Positions 42,793 to 52,017 of a stretch of 64,000 nucleotides of DNA are shown piece by piece; position 1 is the stretch's first letter; each line of letters opens with the position of its first letter. The stretch is from an uncultured Gammaproteobacteria bacterium. Its GTDB lineage: Bacteria > Patescibacteriota > Patescibacteriia > Magasanikbacterales > UBA922. Made by a program: the position numbers and the translations under genes. The stretch covers positions 8,919 through 72,918 of the forward strand of contig CAYUTO010000003.1 in NCBI GenBank assembly GCA_964447765.1, read 5' to 3'. The notes beneath the pieces are model-generated. The model was not told where the DNA came from, did no database searches, and saw only the letters and a program-made list of their open reading frames with translations.

Positions 42793-43515
42793 TTATTTCT
42801 TCAACCACCAACTGTCTACCGCTTGCCCTACAAAATATCCGATTGCAGCTGCAGCACTCGCGAGAGCCAACATTTCCAATCCTGCTTTCCACCAACTCCG
42901 CTTAGTAAACCGAGTTGTCACTACACCCAAAGTGAACAAACCAATAAGTGTGATTACAATTGAAACCGGTATTGCGGTTGCAATCGGTAATATAAGATAG
43001 GGAGTCAATGGTATTGCCCCACCAATAATGTATGAGATAAGCATTGCAAATCCGTTGCGGATTGGACTCCCCAACCCCTCAGGAATCACTTCGAGCTCTC
43101 GATATGACATTTCTTTCAACATGATTGCTGGATTGTCTCTGGCAACATCTGCCATTTTTTCTGCCAAGTCTTTTGGCCACCCATCCTCTACATACATATC
43201 ACGAAGCTCTTCGCGCTCTTCTTCGGGATGATTCTTGATTTCTTCCGCTTCTTCAAAAATCTTCCGTTCATCGATTTCACGCTCTGACTTGTTTGATAAA
43301 TATGATCCCACCCCCATTGAAATTGATTCAACTGAAATAATAACGAGTCCTGCGAGTACAGTCGTAAAGGGATCCTGAGTTGCAGCAGCAATACCCGTGA
43401 CTGACCCCAAAGTTGAGACCATGCCATCTTCCATTCCAAACACAATTTCACGGATTAAAGCCCCACTTCCTGGATTACTGTGATGAATATAGTCTTTGTT
43501 GTATTCGATAGCCAT
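42793..43515 (-). CDS. VIT1/CCC1 family transporter
   Basis: REIVFGMEDG, SMGVGSYLS, GGAIPLTPY. Confidence 0.92.
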   Translation of the reverse strand: MAIEYNKDYIHHSNPGSGALIREIVFGMEDGMVSTLGSVTGIAAATQDPFTTVLAGLVIISVESISMGVGSYLSNKSEREIDERKIFEEAEEIKNHPEEEREELRDMYVEDGWPKDLAEKMADVARDNPAIMLKEMSYRELEVIPEGLGSPIRNGFAMLISYIIGGAIPLTPYLILPIATAIPVSIVITLIGLFTLGVVTTRFTKRSWWKAGLEMLALASAAAAIGYFVGQAVDSWWLKK

Positions 43516-43574
43516 AAACTTGCTTTTTAAGATTTCTATCTGTAGTATAGGAGAACTCTAGCGATAAATCAACT

Positions 43575-44213
43575 ATGGAGCCTCTATACCGCAAACGCGC
43601 GAACATAGTTTTGCAAGAACTCAAAAAGCTTTTTCCTGACTCGAAAACCATTCTGGAATTCAGCACGCATTTTGAACTCTTGATTGCGGTTATGCTTTCT
43701 GCCCAGACGACTGACAAACAAGTAAACGTCGTAACGAGGAAACTATTCAAAAAATATCCGAAACTTAAGGATTATGTGGAAGCAATAGACGATGATTTTA
43801 TCAAAGACGTTTCATCAGTAAATTATTATCGAACCAAGGCAAAGCATATACTTGCAACCGCCAGAAAGCTTCATGTAGATTTCAAAGGAAAGTTACCTAA
43901 AACAGTTGAAGAAATGATGTTGTTTCCAGGAGTAGGGAGGAAGACTGCATTGGTCGTATTAGGGAATGCATATGACATAGTTGAAGGAATTGCTGTAGAC
44001 ACACATGTGCAGCGGTTATCTCGAGTTTTCAAACTAACAAAACATACCACGCCTGAGAAAATTGAAAAAGATCTGAAAGAACTATTTCCACGCGATGAAT
44101 GGTTTCAGCTGACGAATCGGATGATTGAATATGGACGTAAATATTGTCCTGCGAGATGCACACATCAGACTTGTCCGATTGTGAATTTATTAAAAAAGAA
44201 GAAATTGTATTAA
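43575..44213 (+). CDS. nth: endonuclease III
   Basis: LIAVMLSAQTTD, HhH FPGVGRKTA, AVDTHV. Confidence 0.93.
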   Translation: MEPLYRKRANIVLQELKKLFPDSKTILEFSTHFELLIAVMLSAQTTDKQVNVVTRKLFKKYPKLKDYVEAIDDDFIKDVSSVNYYRTKAKHILATARKLHVDFKGKLPKTVEEMMLFPGVGRKTALVVLGNAYDIVEGIAVDTHVQRLSRVFKLTKHTTPEKIEKDLKELFPRDEWFQLTNRMIEYGRKYCPARCTHQTCPIVNLLKKKKLY

Positions 44214-44223
44214 TTAATCCCCG

Positions 44224-44334
44224 TGTCATTCCGACCGTAGCGTAGCGAAGTGGAGGAATCCCTTGATTAGCAATTAATCCTGCTGTACAAGGGATTCCTC
44301 GACTTCCTCGAAGACTCAGTCGCTCGGAATGACA
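44224..44334. repeat. REP/MITE-like nested palindromic element
   Basis: Outer inverted repeat TGTCATTCCGA/TCGGAATGACA (11 bp) and inner inverted repeat GAGGAATCCCTTG/CAAGGGATTCCTC (13 bp). Confidence 0.8.
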
Positions 44335-44345
44335 ACAAACACACT

Positions 44346-45626
44346 ATGCAACAAGTAACCATTGAAAAACTAATATTCGGAGGACAAGGATTCGCTCGCG
44401 TAGATGGTGTTGTGTATTTTATTTGGAATGCACTTCCTGGCGAGACCGTTGAAATTGAAATATTAAAAAAGAAAAAGGAATATATCGAAGCAGTGGCGAC
44501 GAAAATCATTAACCCCTCACCATTTCGAGTAGAACCAAAAGACGAACACTTCCTTTCGACTAGTCCTTGGCAAATCATGAGTTATGAAAAGGAAAATGAA
44601 TGGAAAAAAGAGATTGCGATTGAAGTATACAAGCGTATTGGAAAAGAGGCGTTTGCCGATGTCTCCCCAGAGCTTGTGTTTGATCCAGAAAAATATTACA
44701 GCTACCGAAACAAGATGGAATTTAGTTTTGCTGTCGATAAAACAGGACGAACATGCCTCGGGTTTTTTGAACGAGGAAAAAGAGATAAATTTGCTGTAGA
44801 AAAATCAGAGTTAGCGGACAACGCGATCAATGAAACATCAGCTGCTATTCTCGCGTGGGTACGGAAACATCAGATTCCGATGCGAAGTCTCAAGAGTCTG
44901 ATGGTACGGAGTGATGGAAAGGGAAAAACAATTGCCGCATTATTTATCAAAGACCGATTGGAATTTCCAGATTACCCAGAGTTGAATGACCAAATGATTG
45001 GATTCCAATTGTATTATTCTACACACAAATCTCCTGCTTCAGTTCCGACCGACATACTCTATACCAAAGGACAGGATTATATTATTGTCACACTTCGAAA
45101 TATTGAATTCAAAGTTGGACTACTTAGTTTTTTCCAAGTACATTTACCTGTTTTTGAAAAAGCGCTCGATGACATCTACGAATATATTCCAAAAAAATCC
45201 AATCTTCTTGATCTCTATTCTGGAGTCGGATCCATTGGATTACCCGTGCACAAACGCGCAAAAGAATTAACGCTCGTCGATAATAATACTGAGGCAATTC
45301 AGTATGCGACAGAGAATATTGAATTGAACAAAGTAAAAAATGCGACAGCGATCTGTAAACCAACTGAAGATATTATTTCGCTTATTACCTCTGACGCGAT
45401 TGTGATTCTCGATCCACCACGTATCGGACTCCATCATCGAGTAGTTGAGCGAATACTAGAGACCAAACCAAAGACTATTATTTATTTGTCATGCGATCTC
45501 TCGACTCAGGCACGTGATATTTTCCTTCTTCATCCTACGTATAAAATATCATTTTCTCGCCTCTACAATTTCTTCCCAAGAACGCCGCATATTGAAGGGT
45601 TGTGTGTATTGAATTTGATTAAATAG
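44346..45626 (+). CDS. TRAM-domain RNA m5U methyltransferase (RlmD/TrmA family)
   Basis: ALPGE, YRNKMEF, SFFQ, DLYSGVG, DPPR, YLSC, FPRTPHIE. Confidence 0.88.
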   Translation: MQQVTIEKLIFGGQGFARVDGVVYFIWNALPGETVEIEILKKKKEYIEAVATKIINPSPFRVEPKDEHFLSTSPWQIMSYEKENEWKKEIAIEVYKRIGKEAFADVSPELVFDPEKYYSYRNKMEFSFAVDKTGRTCLGFFERGKRDKFAVEKSELADNAINETSAAILAWVRKHQIPMRSLKSLMVRSDGKGKTIAALFIKDRLEFPDYPELNDQMIGFQLYYSTHKSPASVPTDILYTKGQDYIIVTLRNIEFKVGLLSFFQVHLPVFEKALDDIYEYIPKKSNLLDLYSGVGSIGLPVHKRAKELTLVDNNTEAIQYATENIELNKVKNATAICKPTEDIISLITSDAIVILDPPRIGLHHRVVERILETKPKTIIYLSCDLSTQARDIFLLHPTYKISFSRLYNFFPRTPHIEGLCVLNLIK

Positions 45627-45683
45627 TACCTATAAATGACGAAGCCGACGCGAGGGAACTCCCAAGCGTCGGCATGATTGTGG

Positions 45684-45728
45684 TCTATTGCGCCAACAGT
45701 GCCGAATTGCACCATCGTAGCACAAGAT
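45684..45728 (-). repeat. shared 3' hairpin element, copy A
   Basis: Minus-strand GATCTTGTGCTACGATGGTGCAATTCGGCACTGTTGGCGCAATAGA. Core 45697-45713 is the reverse complement of 62707-62723. Confidence 0.8.
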
Positions 45729-45740
45729 CGTTGAATTATC

Positions 45741-46394
45741 TCAGTACTCGTACCGTCCAAGACTAAGGAACCATGTGTTTTGATGCAGCTCACCTTCACA
45801 GACACCCACCTGGAAGGTTCGAACAGCTCCAGTGGTGAGTGGATCTCCTGGATGAGGACATCCTGGATGCATGAAGCCGAAGATGTTGCGGATATTTCCA
45901 CTCATGACGGTCACGTCCAGGCTATCGATCCACCGGAATTCCTGAAGCTCAGCATCCGTATAGAACTCGAGGAGCGCAGCCAGATGGTTGAACCCAGCGT
46001 GCCGCAGACCGAGCCGATTCCGAATGAACAACGCTTCTTCGAGAGTAGCTTTACGACCGAGCCTGAACAGCACCACCTTCTCCTTGATCGACTCGTAATC
46101 CCTCCCTTTGGTGTGCACGAGGAAATCATTGAGCTTGTTGACCGGCAGATTCAGATCGCAGTAGCCGCACTTGCTTGCAACAAGCCATTCCTCAGCAGTC
46201 CGCTTCGGGTAGATAGTGACTTCGAACGTGCGCTCCTCGACGTCCCTCAGGCACTGCAGCAGACTTTCCACCTCTTCTGGATTCTCGATCCACTTCTGTG
46301 CGATGGTTGCCGACAGGTCAGTCGGCAATTTCCTCACGAGCGTGGCCGAAAGCTCCTGAAGCTGAGCTCTGCTCGCGAATTTTCTTTTTCTCAT
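45741..46394 (-). CDS. cassette protein A (hypothetical; N-module plus C-module)
   Basis: AAGGAG SD, promoter TTGACA-17-TATTTT (46545-46573). Similar by eye to the proteins at 62223 and 62874. Confidence 0.8.
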   Translation of the reverse strand: MRKRKFASRAQLQELSATLVRKLPTDLSATIAQKWIENPEEVESLLQCLRDVEERTFEVTIYPKRTAEEWLVASKCGYCDLNLPVNKLNDFLVHTKGRDYESIKEKVVLFRLGRKATLEEALFIRNRLGLRHAGFNHLAALLEFYTDAELQEFRWIDSLDVTVMSGNIRNIFGFMHPGCPHPGDPLTTGAVRTFQVGVCEGELHQNTWFLSLGRYEY

Positions 46395-46693
46395 TCATTC
46401 TCTCCTTGGCTACCTTTTGGTGCAATTTCTTGACCGCAGGCTGACCATAGAATCGCGACGGGTAAGGCACTTCCTCACCTTCTTTCTAACTTATTAGAAA
46501 ATAATTCAAAAAGAAAGCCAGGAAATCCAAATCGACAATAGGCTAAAATACCATACCGTGCCACTTTTGTCAATCATCGCTTATCCAAAACAAAAAACCA
46601 TGCTTCATCAGCACGGTTTTTTGTTTTAGTCGCTATCTTGTAAAAAATCAATTTTATCTCTATACTAGTGCAATATTCTAATACATACACAGT

Positions 46694-47653
46694 ATGATTC
46701 TCTCTATTTTTCTCGTACTTGTCGGCCTTGGTATTCTCATCGTTGGTGGTGAATCACTTGTTCGAGGAGCATCGTCTATCGCCAAACGTCTGAAAGTTGC
46801 ACCTATTGTCATCGGACTCACGATTGTTGCCTTTGGAACTTCCGCGCCTGAGCTTGCAGTAAATCTATTCTCCGCGTTCGAAGGCTCCGTCGATATTGCA
46901 GTCGGAAATGTAATTGGAAGTAACATTGCAAACATTCTTCTGATCCTTGGAATTTGCGCGCTTATCCGCACGATTCGTGTACAAAAAAACACGACATGGA
47001 AAGAAATACCTCTCGCACTTCTTGCAGTCTTGTTGGTATTTATCATGGCAAATGATCGACTTTTTGATGGGGCTAGTGCAAATGTACTTACACGCACAGA
47101 CGGCCTCGCACTCATGGGTATTTTTGCCATTTTTATGTATTACACGTTTGGTATAGCAAAAGTAAGTGGAGAAGCAGACAAAGATGAAGTGAAACTATAC
47201 TCAACACTTATTTCAGTCCTTCTCATTATTGGTGGACTTATTGGCCTCGTATTTGGTGGAAAATTATTGGTCGACAACGCAATTGTACTCGCGCAATTGG
47301 CTGGAATGTCTGAGGCACTCATCGGTCTTACCATCGTCGCCGTCGGTACCTCGCTTCCCGAGCTTGTCACATCTATTATTGCCGTACGCCATGGACATGA
47401 TGATCTGGCAGTTGGAAACATTGTAGGATCGAATATTTTCAATATTCTCTGGATTCTTGGACTTACCTCTACCATTCTTCCACTTCCAATATCTGACGCA
47501 GTCCAGACTGACATTCTCGTAAATGTGGGCGTCACCTTACTACTTTTCCTCTTCATGTTTGTTGGTGCACGCCACAAGCTCAATCGCTGGCAGGGAGTGA
47601 TGTTTGTGCTTTTGTATGTCGGATATGTGGGGTATTTGGTGATGCGAGGGTAA
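46694..47653 (+). CDS. calcium/sodium antiporter (YrbG family)
   Basis: Two alpha repeats: GTSAPE...GNVIGSNI and GTSLPE...GNIVGSNI. Confidence 0.93.
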   Translation: MILSIFLVLVGLGILIVGGESLVRGASSIAKRLKVAPIVIGLTIVAFGTSAPELAVNLFSAFEGSVDIAVGNVIGSNIANILLILGICALIRTIRVQKNTTWKEIPLALLAVLLVFIMANDRLFDGASANVLTRTDGLALMGIFAIFMYYTFGIAKVSGEADKDEVKLYSTLISVLLIIGGLIGLVFGGKLLVDNAIVLAQLAGMSEALIGLTIVAVGTSLPELVTSIIAVRHGHDDLAVGNIVGSNIFNILWILGLTSTILPLPISDAVQTDILVNVGVTLLLFLFMFVGARHKLNRWQGVMFVLLYVGYVGYLVMRG

Positions 47654-47899
47654 TCAATTTATTTTTTCAAACAAAAAACCAGGCAGTAAAGCTTGGTTTT
47701 TTGTTTTTAAACAGATTAAAAGTCGAAATCGACTTCTAATCTACCCCTCCTCATTTCTAATATTACTAAAATTGAATTATTCTGTCAACAAAATAAGTCA
47801 ATTTTATTAGCTAAATTTAGCCTAAATTTTATATTTTGTGTTATATTTTAGACACAATTACTTATTTTTGCTAAAATATGAATAATTAATAAAATTAAT

Positions 47900-48685
47900 A
47901 TGGAAAAATATTTCCACAACATTCTTAAGGAACTCGGTCTTAACGAGCAAGAAGCGCAAGTGTATGGGAGTCTTTTGGAGCTAGGACAATCTGTTGTTTC
48001 CCCTATTGCTGCTTTAGCCAAAGTTAACCGTACAAGCTGTTACAACATTTTAGAATCGCTTGTTCAAAAAAAGATGGTGAGCAAAGCTCGATTTCGAGGT
48101 AAACTAGCTTACAGCGTTGACAACCCCACGCAAATTATCACCAATCTAGAAGAAGAAAAAAAACAACTTGAAGCTACACTGGAGAAGGCAAAAGCTCTTC
48201 AGCCTGAACTTACTCGTAGGTATACACAAAGATACACCAAACCAATTATTAAATATGTTGAGGGTATCGAAGGTATAAAAGAATTATATGAAGACAGTTT
48301 ACGATGTGTCAATAAAATTGAAGGACTGCGTGCCTACTCATCACCCCAGGATGTGCGCGATGAATTAGACGACTATGTAGATTGGTATTTTGATCAACGT
48401 ACTGCTCGAAGTATCCCGATTCGTACTATAGTTCCTGACAAGGAACATGGCAAACAATTAAAGAGGGATGCTCATAAATTTATGCGTACCGTACGGTTAA
48501 TCCCTAAAGAAAAATTTGATTTTTCGCCTGAAATCTATTTGTATGATAATAAATTTACCGTCATGTCTTTCAAAGAAAAATTTGGTTTTCTTATTGAGAG
48601 TAAAGAAATTGTAGATGCCCTGAAAACCGCTTGGGATTTGGCATGGGAGAGGGCCGAAGAATATGATAAAAATATTAAGATTTAA
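47900..48685 (+). CDS. TrmB-family transcriptional regulator
   Basis: LGLNEQEAQVY HTH, YVEGIEGIKELY, EIYLYDNK. Confidence 0.88.
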   Translation: MEKYFHNILKELGLNEQEAQVYGSLLELGQSVVSPIAALAKVNRTSCYNILESLVQKKMVSKARFRGKLAYSVDNPTQIITNLEEEKKQLEATLEKAKALQPELTRRYTQRYTKPIIKYVEGIEGIKELYEDSLRCVNKIEGLRAYSSPQDVRDELDDYVDWYFDQRTARSIPIRTIVPDKEHGKQLKRDAHKFMRTVRLIPKEKFDFSPEIYLYDNKFTVMSFKEKFGFLIESKEIVDALKTAWDLAWERAEEYDKNIKI

Positions 48686-48745
48686 ATGATGTACTAATAA
48701 AAAAATCGCTCCAGGAGGGGCGATTTTTTTATTAACTAAACCTTA

Positions 48746-50491
48746 CTACTTCCTCTCTCTAATCTCCCTCTTCACCTTCGCGACAAACTCACTCTTCGAA
48801 ATACTTACCTGCTCCTCAACCCCTCGCATACGGACCATGAAATCTCCGCCTTCGAGTTCTTTGTCACCAATGACAAGCATATAGGGCACTTTGCTCTGAA
48901 CAGCTTTTCTGATTTTCTTTCCCACTGTTTCATCAGCCTTATCAATAGAAACGCGGATTCCTTCTGCTCGAAGTTCTAGCGCAAGCGATTCTGTACCCGC
49001 GATGTGCTTCTCAGACACTGGTACGAGCGCTACAGCGACCGGAGAGAGCCATGTAGGCCAAATTCCGGCATAATGCTCAATAAGGAACGCAGTGAACCTC
49101 TCATGGGTCGACAATGGCGCACGATGAATGACAAATACTTCGTTATTTTCTTTTCCTCCTTCATCAATATAATTCAATTGGAAACGTTCCCGTGCGAGGA
49201 AGTCGAGCTGGATAGTCGACATACTTTCTTCTCGACCAATCACAGACTTGAACTGCACGTCCACCTTTGGTCCGTAGAATGCAGCTTCATCTTCGACTTC
49301 GGTAAATTCTACTTTCATGTCTGTGAGTACCTCACGGAGCACAGCTTCGGCCATTTCCCAATTCTCTGGTTGATCAATATATTTTTCAGTATGATCCTTA
49401 CTCCATTTTGAGAGTCTAAACCAATAATTCGTAAGACCAAATACGTTGAAATAATTCATGGTGAGTTCCATCACTCGCTTGAACTCATCTTTGATTTGCT
49501 CTTTGGTACAATAAATATGTGCGTCATTCATCGTGAGTCCGCGTACACGAAGAAGTCCTGCAAGAGTGCCCGAGAGTTCATTGCGATATACGGTGCCATA
49601 TTCTGCGAGACGAAGCGGAAGTTCGCGATAGCTTCGAGGACTTGATCCGTAGATAATATGGTGATGAGGACAATTCATGGCTCGGAGATAGTAGGTACCA
49701 TCGTCCATGACCATTGCTGGGTACATTCCTTCTTTGTAGTAGGGTAGATGACCTGAAGTAAGGTAGAGATCCTCCTTTGCCATATGTGGAGTGACTACTC
49801 TCTGGTAGTCATATTTTTCTTCCATTTCAGTCGCAAATTTTTCGATCTCGTTTCGAATGATTGTACCGTTTGGAAGCCACATAACCAATCCTTTTCCTAC
49901 TCGATCATCAATCAAAAATAATTCCTGGTCTTTGCCGATTTTTCGATGATCTCGCTTCTTTGCTTCTTCTCGCATTTCCAAATATTTTTGCAATTCATCC
50001 TTGGTCGGAAACGCCGTACCATAAATTCTGGTCAACATTTTATTCTTCTCATCCCCTCTCCAGTACGCACCTGCAACACTGAGTAATTTGAAATTGCGAA
50101 GATCTTTTGAAGGAGTCTCGCTATGTCCTCCACGACAGAGATCAGTAAATTTCCCTACCGTGTAGAAGGTAAGTGTCGCACCCTCTCCCGCAAACTCTTC
50201 AATAAGTTCTTTCTTGTATTCGTTACCCGCGAAAAATTCTATTGCCTCGCTCGCACTTACTTCTTTGTGCTCAAATTCTTTCCAATGCTTCACGATTTCA
50301 CCCATTCGCTTCTCAATTTTCTTCAAATCTTCATCATTAATTTTTTCTACTCCAAAATCAAAATCATAATAAAATCCATCCTCAATAGCCGGACCAATGG
50401 TTCGTTTTGCAGTAGGATATAACTCTTCCACTGCTGCCGCAAGCAAGTGCGCAGCGGAATGGCGGAGGTGTTCTAATTCTTGGTTTTGCAT
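48746..50491 (-). CDS. thrS: threonine--tRNA ligase
   Basis: HSAAHLLA, DLCRGGH, RDHRKIG, MNCP, AAFYGPK. Confidence 0.97.
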   Translation of the reverse strand: MQNQELEHLRHSAAHLLAAAVEELYPTAKRTIGPAIEDGFYYDFDFGVEKINDEDLKKIEKRMGEIVKHWKEFEHKEVSASEAIEFFAGNEYKKELIEEFAGEGATLTFYTVGKFTDLCRGGHSETPSKDLRNFKLLSVAGAYWRGDEKNKMLTRIYGTAFPTKDELQKYLEMREEAKKRDHRKIGKDQELFLIDDRVGKGLVMWLPNGTIIRNEIEKFATEMEEKYDYQRVVTPHMAKEDLYLTSGHLPYYKEGMYPAMVMDDGTYYLRAMNCPHHHIIYGSSPRSYRELPLRLAEYGTVYRNELSGTLAGLLRVRGLTMNDAHIYCTKEQIKDEFKRVMELTMNYFNVFGLTNYWFRLSKWSKDHTEKYIDQPENWEMAEAVLREVLTDMKVEFTEVEDEAAFYGPKVDVQFKSVIGREESMSTIQLDFLARERFQLNYIDEGGKENNEVFVIHRAPLSTHERFTAFLIEHYAGIWPTWLSPVAVALVPVSEKHIAGTESLALELRAEGIRVSIDKADETVGKKIRKAVQSKVPYMLVIGDKELEGGDFMVRMRGVEEQVSISKSEFVAKVKREIRERK

Positions 50492-50582
50492 ATTTTTTCA
50501 ACATTATTTAGACGACACACGACACATGGAACACGACTTTATTTTTGAGTCGTAATACGTGAGTCGTTGCTCGTTTTTTAAA

Positions 50583-50765
50583 TAAAAAAACCCGACACCC
50601 TCAAGCAAGTGCCTGAGATGTGCCGGGGTCATGAGCAAGGTTACTTATTTCACGACGGTTCCACCCGTTATTTTACTTTTTCTAAATTTGTATAAAGCTC
50701 CGAGAGTGGTACCATATTCCAAGTTATTCGGGACTGGGCGGGTTCTCGTAATTACGCTTTAGTTA
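50583..50765 (-). ncRNA. T-box riboswitch leader of thrS
   Basis: Antiterminator GGG-UGGAACC-GUC...GACCCC overlapping a terminator stem plus U-tract. Candidate Thr specifier ACC at 50708-50710. Promoter TTGACC-17-TATAGT (50771-50799). Confidence 0.8.
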
Positions 50766-50801
50766 CACAAACTATACTGAAAATGATCCCTTCGGTCAAG
50801 C

Positions 50802-51941
50802 CTACTGCACTTCCCGAATAATCACCTCAACATTATTCGCCACATGAGGCACACTTCGATTCCAGAGAGGCTTGAAGGTCATTTCCACCCCTTCTACATG
50901 TTTCAAAGACATCACATATCGCTTTACTTCATCCTCTGATTTTCCAAAAAATTTATCTTTCTGTAATTCGGCACTATTTTCATCAATATTCACGAGCCCT
51001 CTATGTGACACCATCAATTCTGCAGTACTCGTTGCCACATCATAACTTTCCAAAGAAAAACTTGGAGTGGGTTCCACTGATGAAAGAATTTCACTATTAT
51101 CTACCACGCGTTTATTAAGCATATCTACAGCAAATGCAGTAGCTTTCACCGGATCGTACCAGACACCCACCACTGTTGCCGTGCCTTTGAGTACAAATGA
51201 ATCCACTTCTTCACCTAATTCTTTGACTGGCTCAAAGGTATACTGCACCACTTCATATAACCCAGTCATACTGTCAGGTGCTTCAGTTTTGAGCATATCA
51301 GCCCCTTTGATCTTTATTTCTTCAAGTAATACTTTCTCTGCTTTTGCAATATCATCCTGACCAACGATTCCAAATGTTCGGATTCCCCCACTCATTGCAC
51401 TTTCGCTTTTCGCATAAATCACTTTTTGCTTATTTTCCTGAAGTCCAGGGATAGTGAACGTGGTTTCTGCAATATTTCCAGTTGCACCTGGCACGTCTGC
51501 ATACACACTTGCCTTGATTTGCCCCTTTGCAGGCACCGATACACCTTCTTTCAGTCGGAATAGCACTCCTTCTTTTGATAATACACGGGTTGTTGCAATG
51601 AGCCCCTGAGGAATATCAGTCTCATTGATGAGAGTTACCGTACCTTCAGCAGGCGCATCCTCGGTTTTCGTTCCCTCAGGTGAGAACAGTTTTTCGTGTA
51701 CGATCACTGTCGTCGTTACAAATCCAGGAATCAGTGCGTCTGCATCTTTTGCACTGAGCACTACGGTATCGGTCACTTCGAGTGGTTCTGATTTGGTGAT
51801 AATCGTAATACTTGCACGCTTTGAAGACATGAAAATAATCGTGCCGACCAAAATAAGCGTAACAAACAAAAATCCAAGCGCGATAAATTTATAAAATCGT
51901 ATTGGTTGCTCTGAAGGTAGAGGTGTTGCATCAAGTGGCAT
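50802..51941 (-). CDS. hypothetical membrane-anchored beta-rich protein
   Basis: Single TM segment, then GTVTLIN...LIATTR...FTIPGL. Start moved to MPLDA. Confidence 0.7.
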   Translation of the reverse strand: MPLDATPLPSEQPIRFYKFIALGFLFVTLILVGTIIFMSSKRASITIITKSEPLEVTDTVVLSAKDADALIPGFVTTTVIVHEKLFSPEGTKTEDAPAEGTVTLINETDIPQGLIATTRVLSKEGVLFRLKEGVSVPAKGQIKASVYADVPGATGNIAETTFTIPGLQENKQKVIYAKSESAMSGGIRTFGIVGQDDIAKAEKVLLEEIKIKGADMLKTEAPDSMTGLYEVVQYTFEPVKELGEEVDSFVLKGTATVVGVWYDPVKATAFAVDMLNKRVVDNSEILSSVEPTPSFSLESYDVATSTAELMVSHRGLVNIDENSAELQKDKFFGKSEDEVKRYVMSLKHVEGVEMTFKPLWNRSVPHVANNVEVIIREVQ

Positions 51942-52017
51942 AATGACAGGACTTATCCAAGTAAAAAGAAAATACAATATTAATAGTTCAACTGATAGTA
52001 TACACAAAAATACACTA

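Noticed and set aside
45780-46433. 217-aa plus-strand ORF antisense to cassette A
   Set aside because: It is a codon-register shadow of a GC-rich gene. The promoter, SD and paralogy all support the minus strand.
47720-47860. Short palindromes upstream of the TrmB-like gene (AAGTCGA-AA-TCGACTT, GCTAAATTTAGC)
   Set aside because: These could be operators, but they are too short and AT-rich to support without comparative data.
50802-51941. Possible phage baseplate-like gene
   Set aside because: It is membrane-anchored, sits among housekeeping genes and has no phage neighbours.
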